Position numbers and translations under genes: made by a program. The notes beneath the pieces are model-generated. The model was not told where the DNA came from. It did no database searches and saw only the letters and a program-made list of their open reading frames with translations. Positions 48,468-58,494 of a stretch of 64,000 nt of DNA are shown one piece after another. Each line of letters opens with the position of its first letter. Position 1 is the stretch's first letter. The DNA comes from Dehalococcoidia bacterium (lineage in GTDB: Bacteria; Chloroflexota; Dehalococcoidia; UBA2979): the NCBI GenBank assembly GCA_965262725.1, contig OZ253555.1, positions 1,056,001-1,120,000 on the forward strand. The letters are read 5' to 3'.

Positions 48468-49043
48468 CTAGTTGCCGGGCGGGTCGCTGTGGCGATCGGG
48501 CTTACCGGGGAGATGCTGGGGGCCGTGTGGTCCGTGGACGCCGGCTGCCGGGACGCGCGACCTGGCGGTGGGGATCGCGGTGCTCAGCGGATCGACGCCC
48601 TGCTGCGTCTGCCCGTTCGGGTAGCGCCCTCCCGTACTCCCGAGGTAGCTCTTCGCCTCGCGGGTCAGCGCCTCCTTGTCCCGGTACATGTTCTCGAAGA
48701 TATAGACGGCGTCGTCGTAGCGCCCACCCGACTGTATCGCCTGGTACGGACAGGCCTCCGTGCAGAGCCCGCAGTACATGCAGATACGGAAATCGATCTC
48801 ATAGCGGTCGACGTGGAGCGAGCCGTCCGCTCGCGGCGTCGTCTGCACCAGGATGCAGCCATCCGGGCACGCCTGCGCGCATGTGGAGCAGCCCGTGCAG
48901 CGCTCTTCGAACCAGAGCAGATTCGTGCGGGCACGCACCGGCACGTCGCGTGTGCTCTCCGGGTAGTCAATCGTGATCGGTGGGCGCCCGAGGTGGCGGA
49001 GCGTCACGAGCATCCCACGCAGCACGCCGAGACCGAACGCCAC
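48468..49043 (-). CDS. nuoI: NuoI-like 2x[4Fe-4S] protein
   Basis: TIDYPE, CTGCSTCAQACP, CMYCGLCTEACP. Confidence 0.82.
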   Translation of the reverse strand: MAFGLGVLRGMLVTLRHLGRPPITIDYPESTRDVPVRARTNLLWFEERCTGCSTCAQACPDGCILVQTTPRADGSLHVDRYEIDFRICMYCGLCTEACPYQAIQSGGRYDDAVYIFENMYRDKEALTREAKSYLGSTGGRYPNGQTQQGVDPLSTAIPTARSRVPAAGVHGPHGPQHLPGKPDRHSDPPGN

Positions 49044-49139
49044 AGCTCCTCGTCTCCTTCATGGGTGCGGCTGGATCGTCCCTTGCTCGTCACCCCCCGC
49101 CGAGGATAGCGGACACGACGCCCTTGGGCATAGCAGCGC

Positions 49140-49365
49140 GGGCGCGCCTGGGTGCGCCCACTCGGCCATGCGTCGTTCCGGGTGACCTGGCGCTCTCTAC
49201 GGGTTGTCGTGAACGGTTCGGGGTGCGTGAGGAGCAGCCGCGGCACCGTCGGAGGTTGTTCGCGCAACCCGCACTCGTCGAGGGGTTGCCCGGAGGGGGC
49301 TAGGGTGCATGGGAGGGCCCGCTCCTTCGGCCTTGCCGTCCAGCGGCCCTCCCCGAAGGGGCAGA
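49140..49365 (+). ncRNA. Candidate structured non-coding RNA (unassigned)
   Basis: Nested stems 49177-49188/49283-49294 and 49201-49214/49258-49270, flanked by hairpins 49140-49159 and 49311-49352. G-U pairs favour the + strand. Confidence 0.3.
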
Positions 49366-49647
49366 GCAACGCCTCGACGGCGCGGTGGAAGATGCGGCTC
49401 AGCCGCGGCGAGCGGCCGCGCCCTGAGCGCCCCCGCGCACGCGGAACCTCTCCGAACGTCTGCCGGAGCGCTGCCGTTCTGAAGCGTGGTTCGAGCACCC
49501 ACCGCCGCACCGGCGTCGAGCACTCAGGCGCGGGTGTGGCGGTCCGCCCAAATCGAGGCAGACGGCGGACGGGGGGAGAGGCGTGCCGCCTCCCCCCTTA
49601 GCGGTCCGCGCCGGGCTCGCAGCCGAGCCCCGGATCACGCCACGCAA

Positions 49648-51258
49648 CTACGCCGGCACGACCTCGTCGAGGTAGATGCTGCTGTTCCCGCCGACGCGCA
49701 TAGGCGCCCCGAACTTGTTCGTGTAGTAGGCGTTCGCACGCCCCCGGCTGATGAAGTACCCCGCCGGCGGGTCGTCGTGCATGATCTGGGTGACCGGCCA
49801 GTAGGCCTTCTCGCGCTCCTCCGGGTCGAGCGTGGCGCGGGCCGCCTTCAGCGCCGCGTCGAAGTCCTGGTTGCCGTAGTAGCCGCTGGGGTGGTCCGAG
49901 AGGTACCACTGCAGCTGCGTCGAGGGCTCGTGGATCGCCTGCGAGGAGAACGTGCTCCACAGCAGGTGGTCGTGCTCCGCGCGGCCGTAGAGCTGCTCGC
50001 GCCAGAGGTTGGTCTCGACGGGGTTGAGGTCGATGTCGATCCCCACCTCTGCCCACATCCCGGCGCATGCCTCCGCCCATGGCTTCTGCTCGGCGCTCTG
50101 CTCGAAGAGCGTCGTCGCCTTCAGGCCGCTGAGGCCGTTCGCGAAGCCCGCGTCCTTCAGGTACTGCCGGGACTTGTCCGGGTCGAAGCCCCACGGCTTC
50201 AGGTTCGGGTTGTGGCCCGGTGTCGCCATGTGCAGGATCTGACCCTGCATGACCTCGGAGCTGTTCGCCATGATCGTCTCGTTGATCGTGTCGTAGTCGA
50301 TCGCGTGGATGAGGGCGAACCGGACGCGCAGGTCGGACGTCGGCTCCTTGAACGGGCTGATGTCCCAGCTCCAGGAGGTAGTCGGCGGGCTCTGCACGAT
50401 GGTGCTGCTCGGCAGTCCCCCGATGCGCTGCTGCTCGGCGATCGGGATGGCCATCGCGAAATCGAGCTCGCCCGTCTCGTAGGCGGCGAGCCGCGTCGTC
50501 GTCTCGGTGATCTCCTGGAGCGTGACCTCGGTCATGCCGGCCGTCCCGCGCCAGGAGTTGGGGCTCTCGGCGAGCACAGTCGTCTGGTCGCGCACGTAGC
50601 TCTTGATCGCGTAGGAGCCGGTGCCGACCGCGTTGATGGCGGCGTACTCCGGCCCCTTCGAGGCGTCCTCGAAGATGTGCTTCGCGAACTGTTGCTGCAG
50701 CGTCGTGCGCCGCGGCAGCGCCGGGTCGATGTCTGCGGTGATGACTACCACCGTGCGGTCGTCGATGATTTCCGCGGACTCCTCCGTCGATACGCGGGAC
50801 ACGAGGTTCGACTTGTTGTCCGGGTTCTTGATGTACTCCTGGGCGAACTTGATGTCCGCCGCGGTGAATGCGACGCCGTCCGACCACTCGGCCTCGCGCA
50901 GGTGGTAGATCCACCGCTTCGGGTCGTTGGGGTCCAGCTCCCAGCGCTCCGCGAGGCCGGGCTGTAGCCCGGCATTCTCGTCCAGCCTCACCAGCTGGTC
51001 GAAGATCGCCGTGTACATGGGGCCGGTGTTCACCGTCGAGTTCGGGTCGAGGTTCGGCACCGAGCGGGACGAAATGCCGACCGTGAAGCTCCCGGTCGTG
51101 CGGGCCGGTGCCGCCGGTGCCGCCGATGCCGCAACTTCGTCGTCGTCGTCGTCATCGCCGCAACCGATCACGGCCGCCGTGGCGAGACCAACGCCGCCAA
51201 GCGCCGCTCCACGCAGCAGCGACCGCCTCGAGATTCGATCCGCCCAAAGCCGCTCCAT
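49648..51258 (-). CDS. ABC transporter substrate-binding protein family 5 (Tat lipoprotein)
   Basis: SRRSLLRG Tat motif, IGC lipobox, LAERWE, WSDG..FTAAD, VGTGSY. Confidence 0.9.
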   Translation of the reverse strand: MERLWADRISRRSLLRGAALGGVGLATAAVIGCGDDDDDDEVAASAAPAAPARTTGSFTVGISSRSVPNLDPNSTVNTGPMYTAIFDQLVRLDENAGLQPGLAERWELDPNDPKRWIYHLREAEWSDGVAFTAADIKFAQEYIKNPDNKSNLVSRVSTEESAEIIDDRTVVVITADIDPALPRRTTLQQQFAKHIFEDASKGPEYAAINAVGTGSYAIKSYVRDQTTVLAESPNSWRGTAGMTEVTLQEITETTTRLAAYETGELDFAMAIPIAEQQRIGGLPSSTIVQSPPTTSWSWDISPFKEPTSDLRVRFALIHAIDYDTINETIMANSSEVMQGQILHMATPGHNPNLKPWGFDPDKSRQYLKDAGFANGLSGLKATTLFEQSAEQKPWAEACAGMWAEVGIDIDLNPVETNLWREQLYGRAEHDHLLWSTFSSQAIHEPSTQLQWYLSDHPSGYYGNQDFDAALKAARATLDPEEREKAYWPVTQIMHDDPPAGYFISRGRANAYYTNKFGAPMRVGGNSSIYLDEVVPA

Positions 51259-51561
51259 TATGTTCCCCCCCCTTGCCGCCCCGTAGTGGCGGAGCATCTC
51301 CCCGACAGATAACCACATGAGGACGTCTGATGTCCATCTCACGTGAGGGATCGAGATCATGCCGGGCGACGAGCGGATGGTCGTTCCACGAGAACGTGGG
51401 GTAGCGGGCAGCGCCCCCGATCAGAGGCTCCTCTAACGCGCCACCAGCGGGGCCCCATCCGGGTGTTCGGGCGCGATCTCCATCGTTCATTGGCGCCTGG
51501 CGCCCGCGGCCCTCGACGTGCCATCCCGATCGCCCCGGCCGCGCGCTACGGGGTGCCCTCG

Positions 51562-52296
51562 CTACAGCTCGTAGCGCGCGAGATCCTCTGCCAGCTCGAT
51601 GCCCGGGAGCGAGGAGCGCTCGGGAGCGGTCATGTGGTCGTAGTGGGTGACGAGCACTCGCGTCGCCGCCGGCAGTCGCCCGCGCAGCTCGCGCACGTCG
51701 TCCCATTCGAAATGGCCGCGCTCCCGCGCGCCGCCGCACTCGACGATGAGGAGGTCCGACCCCGCGGCGAGCTCGTCGATGGCGGGCGTGAGGCGGGCAT
51801 CACCCGTGTAGGCGAGGGTGCGGCCGCCGATGCGGACGCGGTAGCCCAGGGCCGGAAGGTCGGGCGCATGCTCCACCGAGATGCACTCGATTCGCATGTC
51901 CCGCCACGTGAACGAGCTGCCGCCCCCCTGCTCGAACCAGCGCAGTCTCGGGTCACCCGGGGCCGGTAGTCTCGGAGAGGCGCCAATCAGCTCGCGGATC
52001 CGGGCGTGGATTCCGGGCGGGCCGGCGATGGCTAGCGGGCGTTCCCTCAGTCGCTCGCCGTGCGCGACCACGACGTCGAGCAGCAGCAGGTCGATTCCCC
52101 CGATGTGGTCGGAGTGCGCGTGTGAGAGCAGCACGAGATCGAGGTCGTCTGGACGTCCGCCCAGCTGGTAGAGATGCGCCAGCGCCTGTGGCGGGCAGTC
52201 CAGAAGGAGGCGGCCGTCCACCAGGAAACCCGACCAGTAGCGACCGTGCGAGAAGGCGTGGCCCGATCCGAGGCAGCCGAGGCGGGGCGGCGTGAT
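51562..52296 (-). CDS. MBL-fold hydrolase (RNase Z-like); start non-canonical
   Basis: LGCLGSG, LLDC, SHAHSDH, YTGD, THY. The conserved N-terminus lies upstream of the first GTG (52221). Confidence 0.8.
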   Translation of the reverse strand: MTPPRLGCLGSGHAFSHGRYWSGFLVDGRLLLDCPPQALAHLYQLGGRPDDLDLVLLSHAHSDHIGGIDLLLLDVVVAHGERLRERPLAIAGPPGIHARIRELIGASPRLPAPGDPRLRWFEQGGGSSFTWRDMRIECISVEHAPDLPALGYRVRIGGRTLAYTGDARLTPAIDELAAGSDLLIVECGGARERGHFEWDDVRELRGRLPAATRVLVTHYDHMTAPERSSLPGIELAEDLARYEL

Positions 52297-52305
52297 CGCG
52301 GCTGC

Positions 52306-52911
52306 CTACTCTACGCCGAGCAGCCGGCGTCCCGCTTCAACGGTATCCGGCGTGTCGAGGTCAATCCGAACGACCGGCTCGTCGTCCATCGCAATCAGGA
52401 CCGGGGCATGGCGCTCTCGGACCGCGCGGATCCCGTGAGTCCCCTCGCTGACCGTGGCGAGCTCGCCGAGCAACGCCCCCGCGATCACGAGCGGGTGGCC
52501 GGCTCGGCCCCCGAAGCTCGGTTGCACGATGGCGGCGCCGCATGAGCGGAGTTCGCCGATCAGCCGGTCGACGATATCGGCGCGGGTGGGTTGATCGACG
52601 TTCTGCACGACGATCATCTCGGGCGGCTCGCGCCCGGGTGCGGCCAGAGCGCGAGCACCGGCGGCGAGCGACGTGGCGCGTCCCTGCGGCCATTCCGGGT
52701 GGAAGACGCAATAGCGCGCCCGCTCGCCGAGCGAGCGGCGCACCTCCTCGGCTCGCGAGCCGGTCACGACCACGACATCGTCGACCATGGAGCGATCGAG
52801 TTCGTCGAGTTCCCACTCGATGAGGGTGCGATCGCCCCAGGGCAGCAGGGGTTTGGGTTCTCCCATGCGCCGCGAGGCGCCGGCAGCGAGCAGCAACGCC
52901 GCGACTCCCAC
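52306..52911 (-). CDS. mocA: Molybdenum cofactor cytidylyltransferase-like nucleotidyltransferase
   Basis: LLAAGASRRMGEPK.LL, DQP, GHP, DLDTP; directly downstream of an XDH-family cluster. Confidence 0.85.
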   Translation of the reverse strand: MGVAALLLAAGASRRMGEPKPLLPWGDRTLIEWELDELDRSMVDDVVVVTGSRAEEVRRSLGERARYCVFHPEWPQGRATSLAAGARALAAPGREPPEMIVVQNVDQPTRADIVDRLIGELRSCGAAIVQPSFGGRAGHPLVIAGALLGELATVSEGTHGIRAVRERHAPVLIAMDDEPVVRIDLDTPDTVEAGRRLLGVE

Positions 52912-52925
52912 CGTCCGCGCGCCCC

Positions 52926-55253
52926 CTAGTCCGAGACGCGACCGAGCGCGCGCAGAACGCGCTCCGGCGTCGCGGGCATCTCCGTCACGCGCACACCGAG
53001 CGCGTCGTGGATGGCGTTGGCGATCGCCGCAGGGCCCGCCGTGATCGAGGGCTCGCCGACGCCCCGCGCGCCGTACGGACCCTCCTCGGAGGGCACCTCG
53101 ACGATCACCGAATCGATGTCGGGCGTGTCGGCGGCCGTCGGCATCCGGTAGTCCAGCAAGCCGGCGTTCCGGAGGTGACCCTCGTCGTCGTAGAGGTACT
53201 CCTCGGAGAGGCCGATGCCGATCCCCATCCCTGTCCCGCCCTCCATCTGTCCCTCGACGGAGAGCGGGTTGATGGCGTAGCCGGCGTCCTGGACCGTCGC
53301 CCAGCGCGCGAGCGTGATGTTCCCGCTCACCGTATCCACCTCCAGCTCGGCGAGCTGCGCGGTGAATCCCGGCGCCTGCACGCGCGCCGAGATGGCGCCC
53401 TTGCCCACGATGGGGGTGTACAGCGACCCGAAGCCCGTCGTGATCGCGGCGAGCCGGCGGAAGGTGAGCGCCCGGTCCGACGACCCGGCGACCCGCACTT
53501 CGCCCTCCGCGAGTTCCATGTCCCCGGGGTTCGCCTCCAGCTGATCGGCGGCGATCGAGAACATCTGCTCCCGCATGTCGATGGCGGCCTCGCGCAGCGC
53601 CCGTCCCATGGTGATCGTCGTCTTCGATCCGGCAGCGATCCCCGCGTAGGGCGAGGTCCTGGTGTCGCCGGTGCTCACGGAGACCGCCTCGACCGGGATC
53701 GCGAGCTCCTCGGCGACGATCTGCGCGAAGCTCGTGTTGACGCCGGAGATGTCCATCACGCCGACGAGGGCGTTGACCGTGCCGTCCGAGTTGAGCATCA
53801 ACTCGCATGTGGCAGGCTGGAGCCCACCGAGCCAGCCCGAGACGGCCAGCCCCACGCCGACCTTCGTCCTCTCGGTCGAGCGGGCGCGCGCAGACTCGCG
53901 TGCCGTCCAGATAGGGTGCGCGGCGGCCGCCTCGATCGTCTCGACCATGCCGATCGACGGGAAGGGCTTCCCGGACGCCATCGGATCCCCCGTGCGGGCG
54001 GCGTTGCGGAGCCGCACCTCGGCCGGGTCGAGCCCGACACCCCGCGCCATCGCGTCGATTTGCTGCTCCACGGCGTGGGTGATGTTGTGGATGCCGGGGG
54101 CGCGGATCGCGCCGACGGAGACGTGGTTGGTCAGCACCTCGTAGCCGTCGGTGCGCAGAGTGGGCCAGCGGTAGAACGACGAGATCAGGAGGGAGCCGAC
54201 CGCCGCCGGCGCGCCGGGGAAGGCGCCCGCGTCGTAGATCACCGTCGCCTTGAGCGCGGTGAGGTCGCCGTCTGCCGTGATGCCGCTCTTCAGCCGCACG
54301 ACCGAGCCGGGCGTGGGCGTTGCCGCCAGCAGATCCTCTCGCCTCGTGAAGACGAGCTTGACAGGGCGCTCGGCCACGAGCGCACAAGCCGTGGCGATGG
54401 TGGCGCTCTGGATCATTTTCCCGCCGAAGCCGCCGCCGAGCTCGCAGCCGGTGACGCGGAGCTTCGTCTCGGGCAGCTTGAAGAGGCGCATCAGCGTGTC
54501 GCGCACGTGGAACTGACCCTGCGTCGACGTCCACACCTCAACCTCGCCCGTGGCGGGGTCGTAGTCGGCGACCGTGGCGTGGGGCTCGATGTAGCCCTGG
54601 TGCACCAGAGCCGCGCGGTAGGCGCGCTCGACCACGAAGTCGGCCTGTGCGAAGCCCTCGTTGAGGTCGCCTCGCTCGAACGAGACGTGCGAGGCGATGT
54701 TGGTCGCCCGGCCTTCCGCCTCCTCGGACCGGACGTCGATGGTGACGTGCGCATCCTCTTCAGTGTGGTCGATATCGGAGACCGGTGATCGCGCGAGCGG
54801 GGAATCGGGCTCCATCGCCGCCTCCATGTCGAGGACGGCGGGGAGCACGTCGTACTCGACGTGGACGAGCTCGGCGCCCTCCTCGGCGGACGCGTAGCTC
54901 TCGCCCAGCACCGCCGCGACCGGCTGTCCCGCGAAGACGACCTCGCGATCGGCGAAGAGCGCATCGGCGCGGTTGGAGGCGCCCCGCGCGGGGTTACTCC
55001 CGTCGCGGGTGGCGCGCGCGAGGTCGTCCGCGGTGACCACTGCAACGACGCCCGGGTGCGCCATCGCGGCGCTCATGTCCAGGGCGGTGATGCGCGCGTG
55101 CGGGTGCGGGGAGAGCACGAGACGCGCGTGGAGCATCGCGGGGAGCTGCACGTCGGCGGCGTAGACGCTGCGGCCCGTGACCTTGTGCAGGCCCTCCACG
55201 CGCGGCACTCGCTCGCCGACGGCGTTGTACCGCGGGCGCTCGATCGTGGTCAT
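52926..55253 (-). CDS. Xanthine dehydrogenase-family molybdopterin-binding large subunit
   Basis: KVTG..YAAD, HQGYIEP, GGGFGGK, AIRAPG, GQMEGG, GVGEP. Confidence 0.93.
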   Translation of the reverse strand: MTTIERPRYNAVGERVPRVEGLHKVTGRSVYAADVQLPAMLHARLVLSPHPHARITALDMSAAMAHPGVVAVVTADDLARATRDGSNPARGASNRADALFADREVVFAGQPVAAVLGESYASAEEGAELVHVEYDVLPAVLDMEAAMEPDSPLARSPVSDIDHTEEDAHVTIDVRSEEAEGRATNIASHVSFERGDLNEGFAQADFVVERAYRAALVHQGYIEPHATVADYDPATGEVEVWTSTQGQFHVRDTLMRLFKLPETKLRVTGCELGGGFGGKMIQSATIATACALVAERPVKLVFTRREDLLAATPTPGSVVRLKSGITADGDLTALKATVIYDAGAFPGAPAAVGSLLISSFYRWPTLRTDGYEVLTNHVSVGAIRAPGIHNITHAVEQQIDAMARGVGLDPAEVRLRNAARTGDPMASGKPFPSIGMVETIEAAAAHPIWTARESARARSTERTKVGVGLAVSGWLGGLQPATCELMLNSDGTVNALVGVMDISGVNTSFAQIVAEELAIPVEAVSVSTGDTRTSPYAGIAAGSKTTITMGRALREAAIDMREQMFSIAADQLEANPGDMELAEGEVRVAGSSDRALTFRRLAAITTGFGSLYTPIVGKGAISARVQAPGFTAQLAELEVDTVSGNITLARWATVQDAGYAINPLSVEGQMEGGTGMGIGIGLSEEYLYDDEGHLRNAGLLDYRMPTAADTPDIDSVIVEVPSEEGPYGARGVGEPSITAGPAAIANAIHDALGVRVTEMPATPERVLRALGRVSD

Positions 55254-55299
55254 CGCTTCCTCCTCGGCTCGCTCCCCGGCGGTGGGGCTCCTGTCGGTC

Positions 55300-55779
<480 letters not shown>

Positions 55780-55804
55780 CGCGACCTTCCCCCGGTGTGC
55801 GGCG

Positions 55805-56674
55805 CTACCCGCGCGCCCGCTCGGTAGTGCGCAGCACGCTCGCGCTCGTCATCTTCTCCACCAGGTATCGGCGGAAGGCAGCCGATCCGCGTACGTCGTC
55901 GATCGGGGTGGCCTCGGTCGCGGCGATCCGCCCGGCCTCGGCGGCGGCCTCCTCGGTGAGTTCGCGCCCCACGAGCGACTGCTCGGCCCGGGACGCCCGA
56001 ATCACGGTCGGTGCCACCGCACCGAGCACGATCCGCGCGGCCACGACGAGCCCGCCGGCGTCGAGCTCGAGATAACTCCCCACCCCGACGACGGCGATGT
56101 CCATCACCTTGCGGGGCGTGTGGCGTTCGTAGTGCGAGCCGGATCCCGGCGGTGGTGCCGGCACGACGAAGGCAGTGACGATCTCGCCGGGCTCGAGCGT
56201 GGTCCGCCCCGGACCGGCCCAGAGATCCTCCACCAGGATCTCGCGTTCGCCGTCAATCCCGGCGATCTGAGCGCGAGCGCCGAGAGCGACGAGCGGCGGG
56301 CTGGTGTCGGCGGAGGGCGCCGCGTTGCAGACGTTGCCGCCGATCGTCGCGGCGTTGCGGGTCTGGTACGAGCCGACCACCGCGGCGCCGTCGGCGAGGC
56401 CGGAGAACCTCTCCCGCACGGTCGCGTGATCGGCGACCTCTTGCATCGTCGCGCGGGCGCCGACGCGGAGTGAGCCATCCTCGCCGACCTGGACGCCCGC
56501 GAGCTCGGGGATCGCGGCGAGCGAGATGAGCGCTGCGGGCCGGAGGTGACCCTCCTTCACCTGCACGAGGAGGTCGGTCCCGCCGCCGAGCGGGCGTGCG
56601 CCCTCACCGAGATCGCGCAGCGTCATCACGGCCTCGGCGAGCGACATCGGTCGCGCATAGTCGAAATGCCGCAT
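55805..56674 (-). CDS. XDH-family FAD-binding medium subunit
   Basis: GGGTDL, RNAATIGGNVCNAAPSAD. Confidence 0.93.
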   Translation of the reverse strand: MRHFDYARPMSLAEAVMTLRDLGEGARPLGGGTDLLVQVKEGHLRPAALISLAAIPELAGVQVGEDGSLRVGARATMQEVADHATVRERFSGLADGAAVVGSYQTRNAATIGGNVCNAAPSADTSPPLVALGARAQIAGIDGEREILVEDLWAGPGRTTLEPGEIVTAFVVPAPPPGSGSHYERHTPRKVMDIAVVGVGSYLELDAGGLVVAARIVLGAVAPTVIRASRAEQSLVGRELTEEAAAEAGRIAATEATPIDDVRGSAAFRRYLVEKMTSASVLRTTERARG

Positions 56675-56722
56675 GGCACTCCCTCGGTTGTGTGGTGCTC
56701 GCTGCCGCCGCCGGGCGCCAGT

Positions 56723-57133
56723 CTACTCCGCGCCGGCACTTTCTCGCTCGACGTGCGCGCGCCAGCCGGCGAGTGCGTTGCGAACGGCGGCGGCGGCGAG
56801 CACGGAGCAGTGGAGCTTCGAGCGGGGCAGGCCGCCCACGGCGGCGGCGTAGTCCTCGCGCGTCAGCCCCACCGCCTCGTCGAACGTGGCTCCCACGAGC
56901 ATTTCGGTGGCGGCGGAGGAGGTGCCGATCGTCGCCGGGCAGCCGGAGGAGAGGAAGGATGCGGCGGCGACCCGGCCCCCCTCGATGCGGAGGAAGAGCC
57001 GCAATGAGTCACCGCAGACGGGGTTCGTGACGTACGCGCTGGCGTTGGCGTCGGGCATCTCGCCGGCGTTGCGGGGGTGTTCGAAGTGGTCGATCAGCGT
57101 CGCGCTGTAGTGCTCGGCATCCACGCGCCCCAT
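56723..57133 (-). CDS. iscU: Fe-S scaffold IscU/NifU-like protein
   Basis: DHFEHPRNAG, NPVCGD, GC, KLHCS. Confidence 0.88.
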   Translation of the reverse strand: MGRVDAEHYSATLIDHFEHPRNAGEMPDANASAYVTNPVCGDSLRLFLRIEGGRVAAASFLSSGCPATIGTSSAATEMLVGATFDEAVGLTREDYAAAVGGLPRSKLHCSVLAAAAVRNALAGWRAHVERESAGAE

Positions 57134-57189
57134 TGTCGCACGGCTCGATAGAAGAATGATGCCGGACCGGGCCCCTGGCCGTCCCTCTT

Positions 57190-58422
57190 TTACGATGCCG
57201 CGTCCGGGATCGGGCGCAGGCAGCGCAGCCCGGCGAGCGGTGCTTGCCGCGCCGCCGCGAGCACGCGCATGCGGCCGAGGCCGGCCGGATCCACGAGCAC
57301 CTCGGCGGCGCGCCGCATGCGGGCGTAGGCGGCGACGTCTCCGGACATCCACGTCCGTGCGGCGGCGATCGCCTCCCCGAGGCCGAGCGCGATCAGCGCC
57401 TCCCCCTGCGGCACGGTAGGTGCCGTCGTGAGGCCCTCGTCGGCGAGCGCCCGCGCGAGGGCTCCGAGATCGACGTGCGCGGTGAGATCCGCACGTCCCG
57501 GCTGCGCGAGCGGGTCCGGTTGGAGCATGTGATTGCGGATGGCCATCAGCGTCCCGTCGCGCCGCCAGGGGGCGTAGAGGTGGGCGCTCTCGTACCCGTA
57601 GTCCAGCGTGAGCAGGTAGCCGCGACCGATTCGCCGCGCGAGGGCGCGCGCGACGGCGGGCACGGCGAGCGAGAGCTCCTGGCGGCACCCGTCTGCGGGC
57701 CGCATGCCGATCCAGTCGAGGTGGCGCGCGAGCTCCGGGGTCGACGGCGCTCCCGGTGCGAGCACGAAGCCGCCGCCGCGCGCGCGCCTCACGTGCCACT
57801 CGACGAGCGCCTCCGGCCCGTGCTCATCACCGGCGGGCCGGCCGACGAGGTGGACGGGGAGAGCATCGAAGAACTCGTTGGAGTAGAGCACGCCCGTGAT
57901 CGTGCCCGGCTCCGCGATCCAGTCCTCGAGCAGCGCGTGGCGCGCCGCGAGCCCGCGTTCCGACAGGGCGGCGCGCTGCTCCTCCACCCGGCGGCGGAAC
58001 CCGTCGAGGAGCACCGGGCGGCAGGCGGCGAAGCAGTCCGCATGGTGCTCGCGGAGGGAGTGCAGGATCGAAATCGCGAGTGCGCCGGAGCCCGCCCCAG
58101 CCTCCACCAGTTCGAAGCTGGCCGGGTGGCCGAGAAGCTCCCAGCACTCGGCGATCTGCCGCGCCCACAGGGAGCCGAAAATCGGGTGCACTTCAGCCGA
58201 GCTCTCGTAGTCACCGGCAGCGCCCCACGCGAGCCCGGCACGGGCGTAGTAGCCGTGCTCGGGGTGGCCGAGGGCGAGTTCCATGAAGCGGGCGAAGGGG
58301 ATGGAGCCGCCGGCTGCGTCGATGGCGCGCTCAATGGCCCGCGCCGCAGGCGTGGGCGGCTCCGCGCGCGTCAGGTCGTCGCTGCCGCCGGCCGGCATCC
58401 GCGGGGCGGCCGCGTCGCTCAT
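57190..58422 (-). CDS. MidA/NDUFAF7-like SAM-dependent methyltransferase
   Basis: FMELAL..P.HGYY, EAGAGSG, SNEFFDALP, LDYG, DLTAHVD. Confidence 0.88.
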   Translation of the reverse strand: MSDAAAPRMPAGGSDDLTRAEPPTPAARAIERAIDAAGGSIPFARFMELALGHPEHGYYARAGLAWGAAGDYESSAEVHPIFGSLWARQIAECWELLGHPASFELVEAGAGSGALAISILHSLREHHADCFAACRPVLLDGFRRRVEEQRAALSERGLAARHALLEDWIAEPGTITGVLYSNEFFDALPVHLVGRPAGDEHGPEALVEWHVRRARGGGFVLAPGAPSTPELARHLDWIGMRPADGCRQELSLAVPAVARALARRIGRGYLLTLDYGYESAHLYAPWRRDGTLMAIRNHMLQPDPLAQPGRADLTAHVDLGALARALADEGLTTAPTVPQGEALIALGLGEAIAAARTWMSGDVAAYARMRRAAEVLVDPAGLGRMRVLAAARQAPLAGLRCLRPIPDAAS

Positions 58423-58494
58423 GCGCCCATCGTATCAGCGCCCGCGCGCGCGGCGACCCGGCGGGCCAGCCGTCCGGCCCCAGGATCCGGCGCT

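Noticed and set aside
49215-49240. Canonical SRP RNA (ffs)
   Set aside because: The conserved CAGG-stem-GNRA-stem-AGCA core is not properly formed; kept only as an unassigned candidate.
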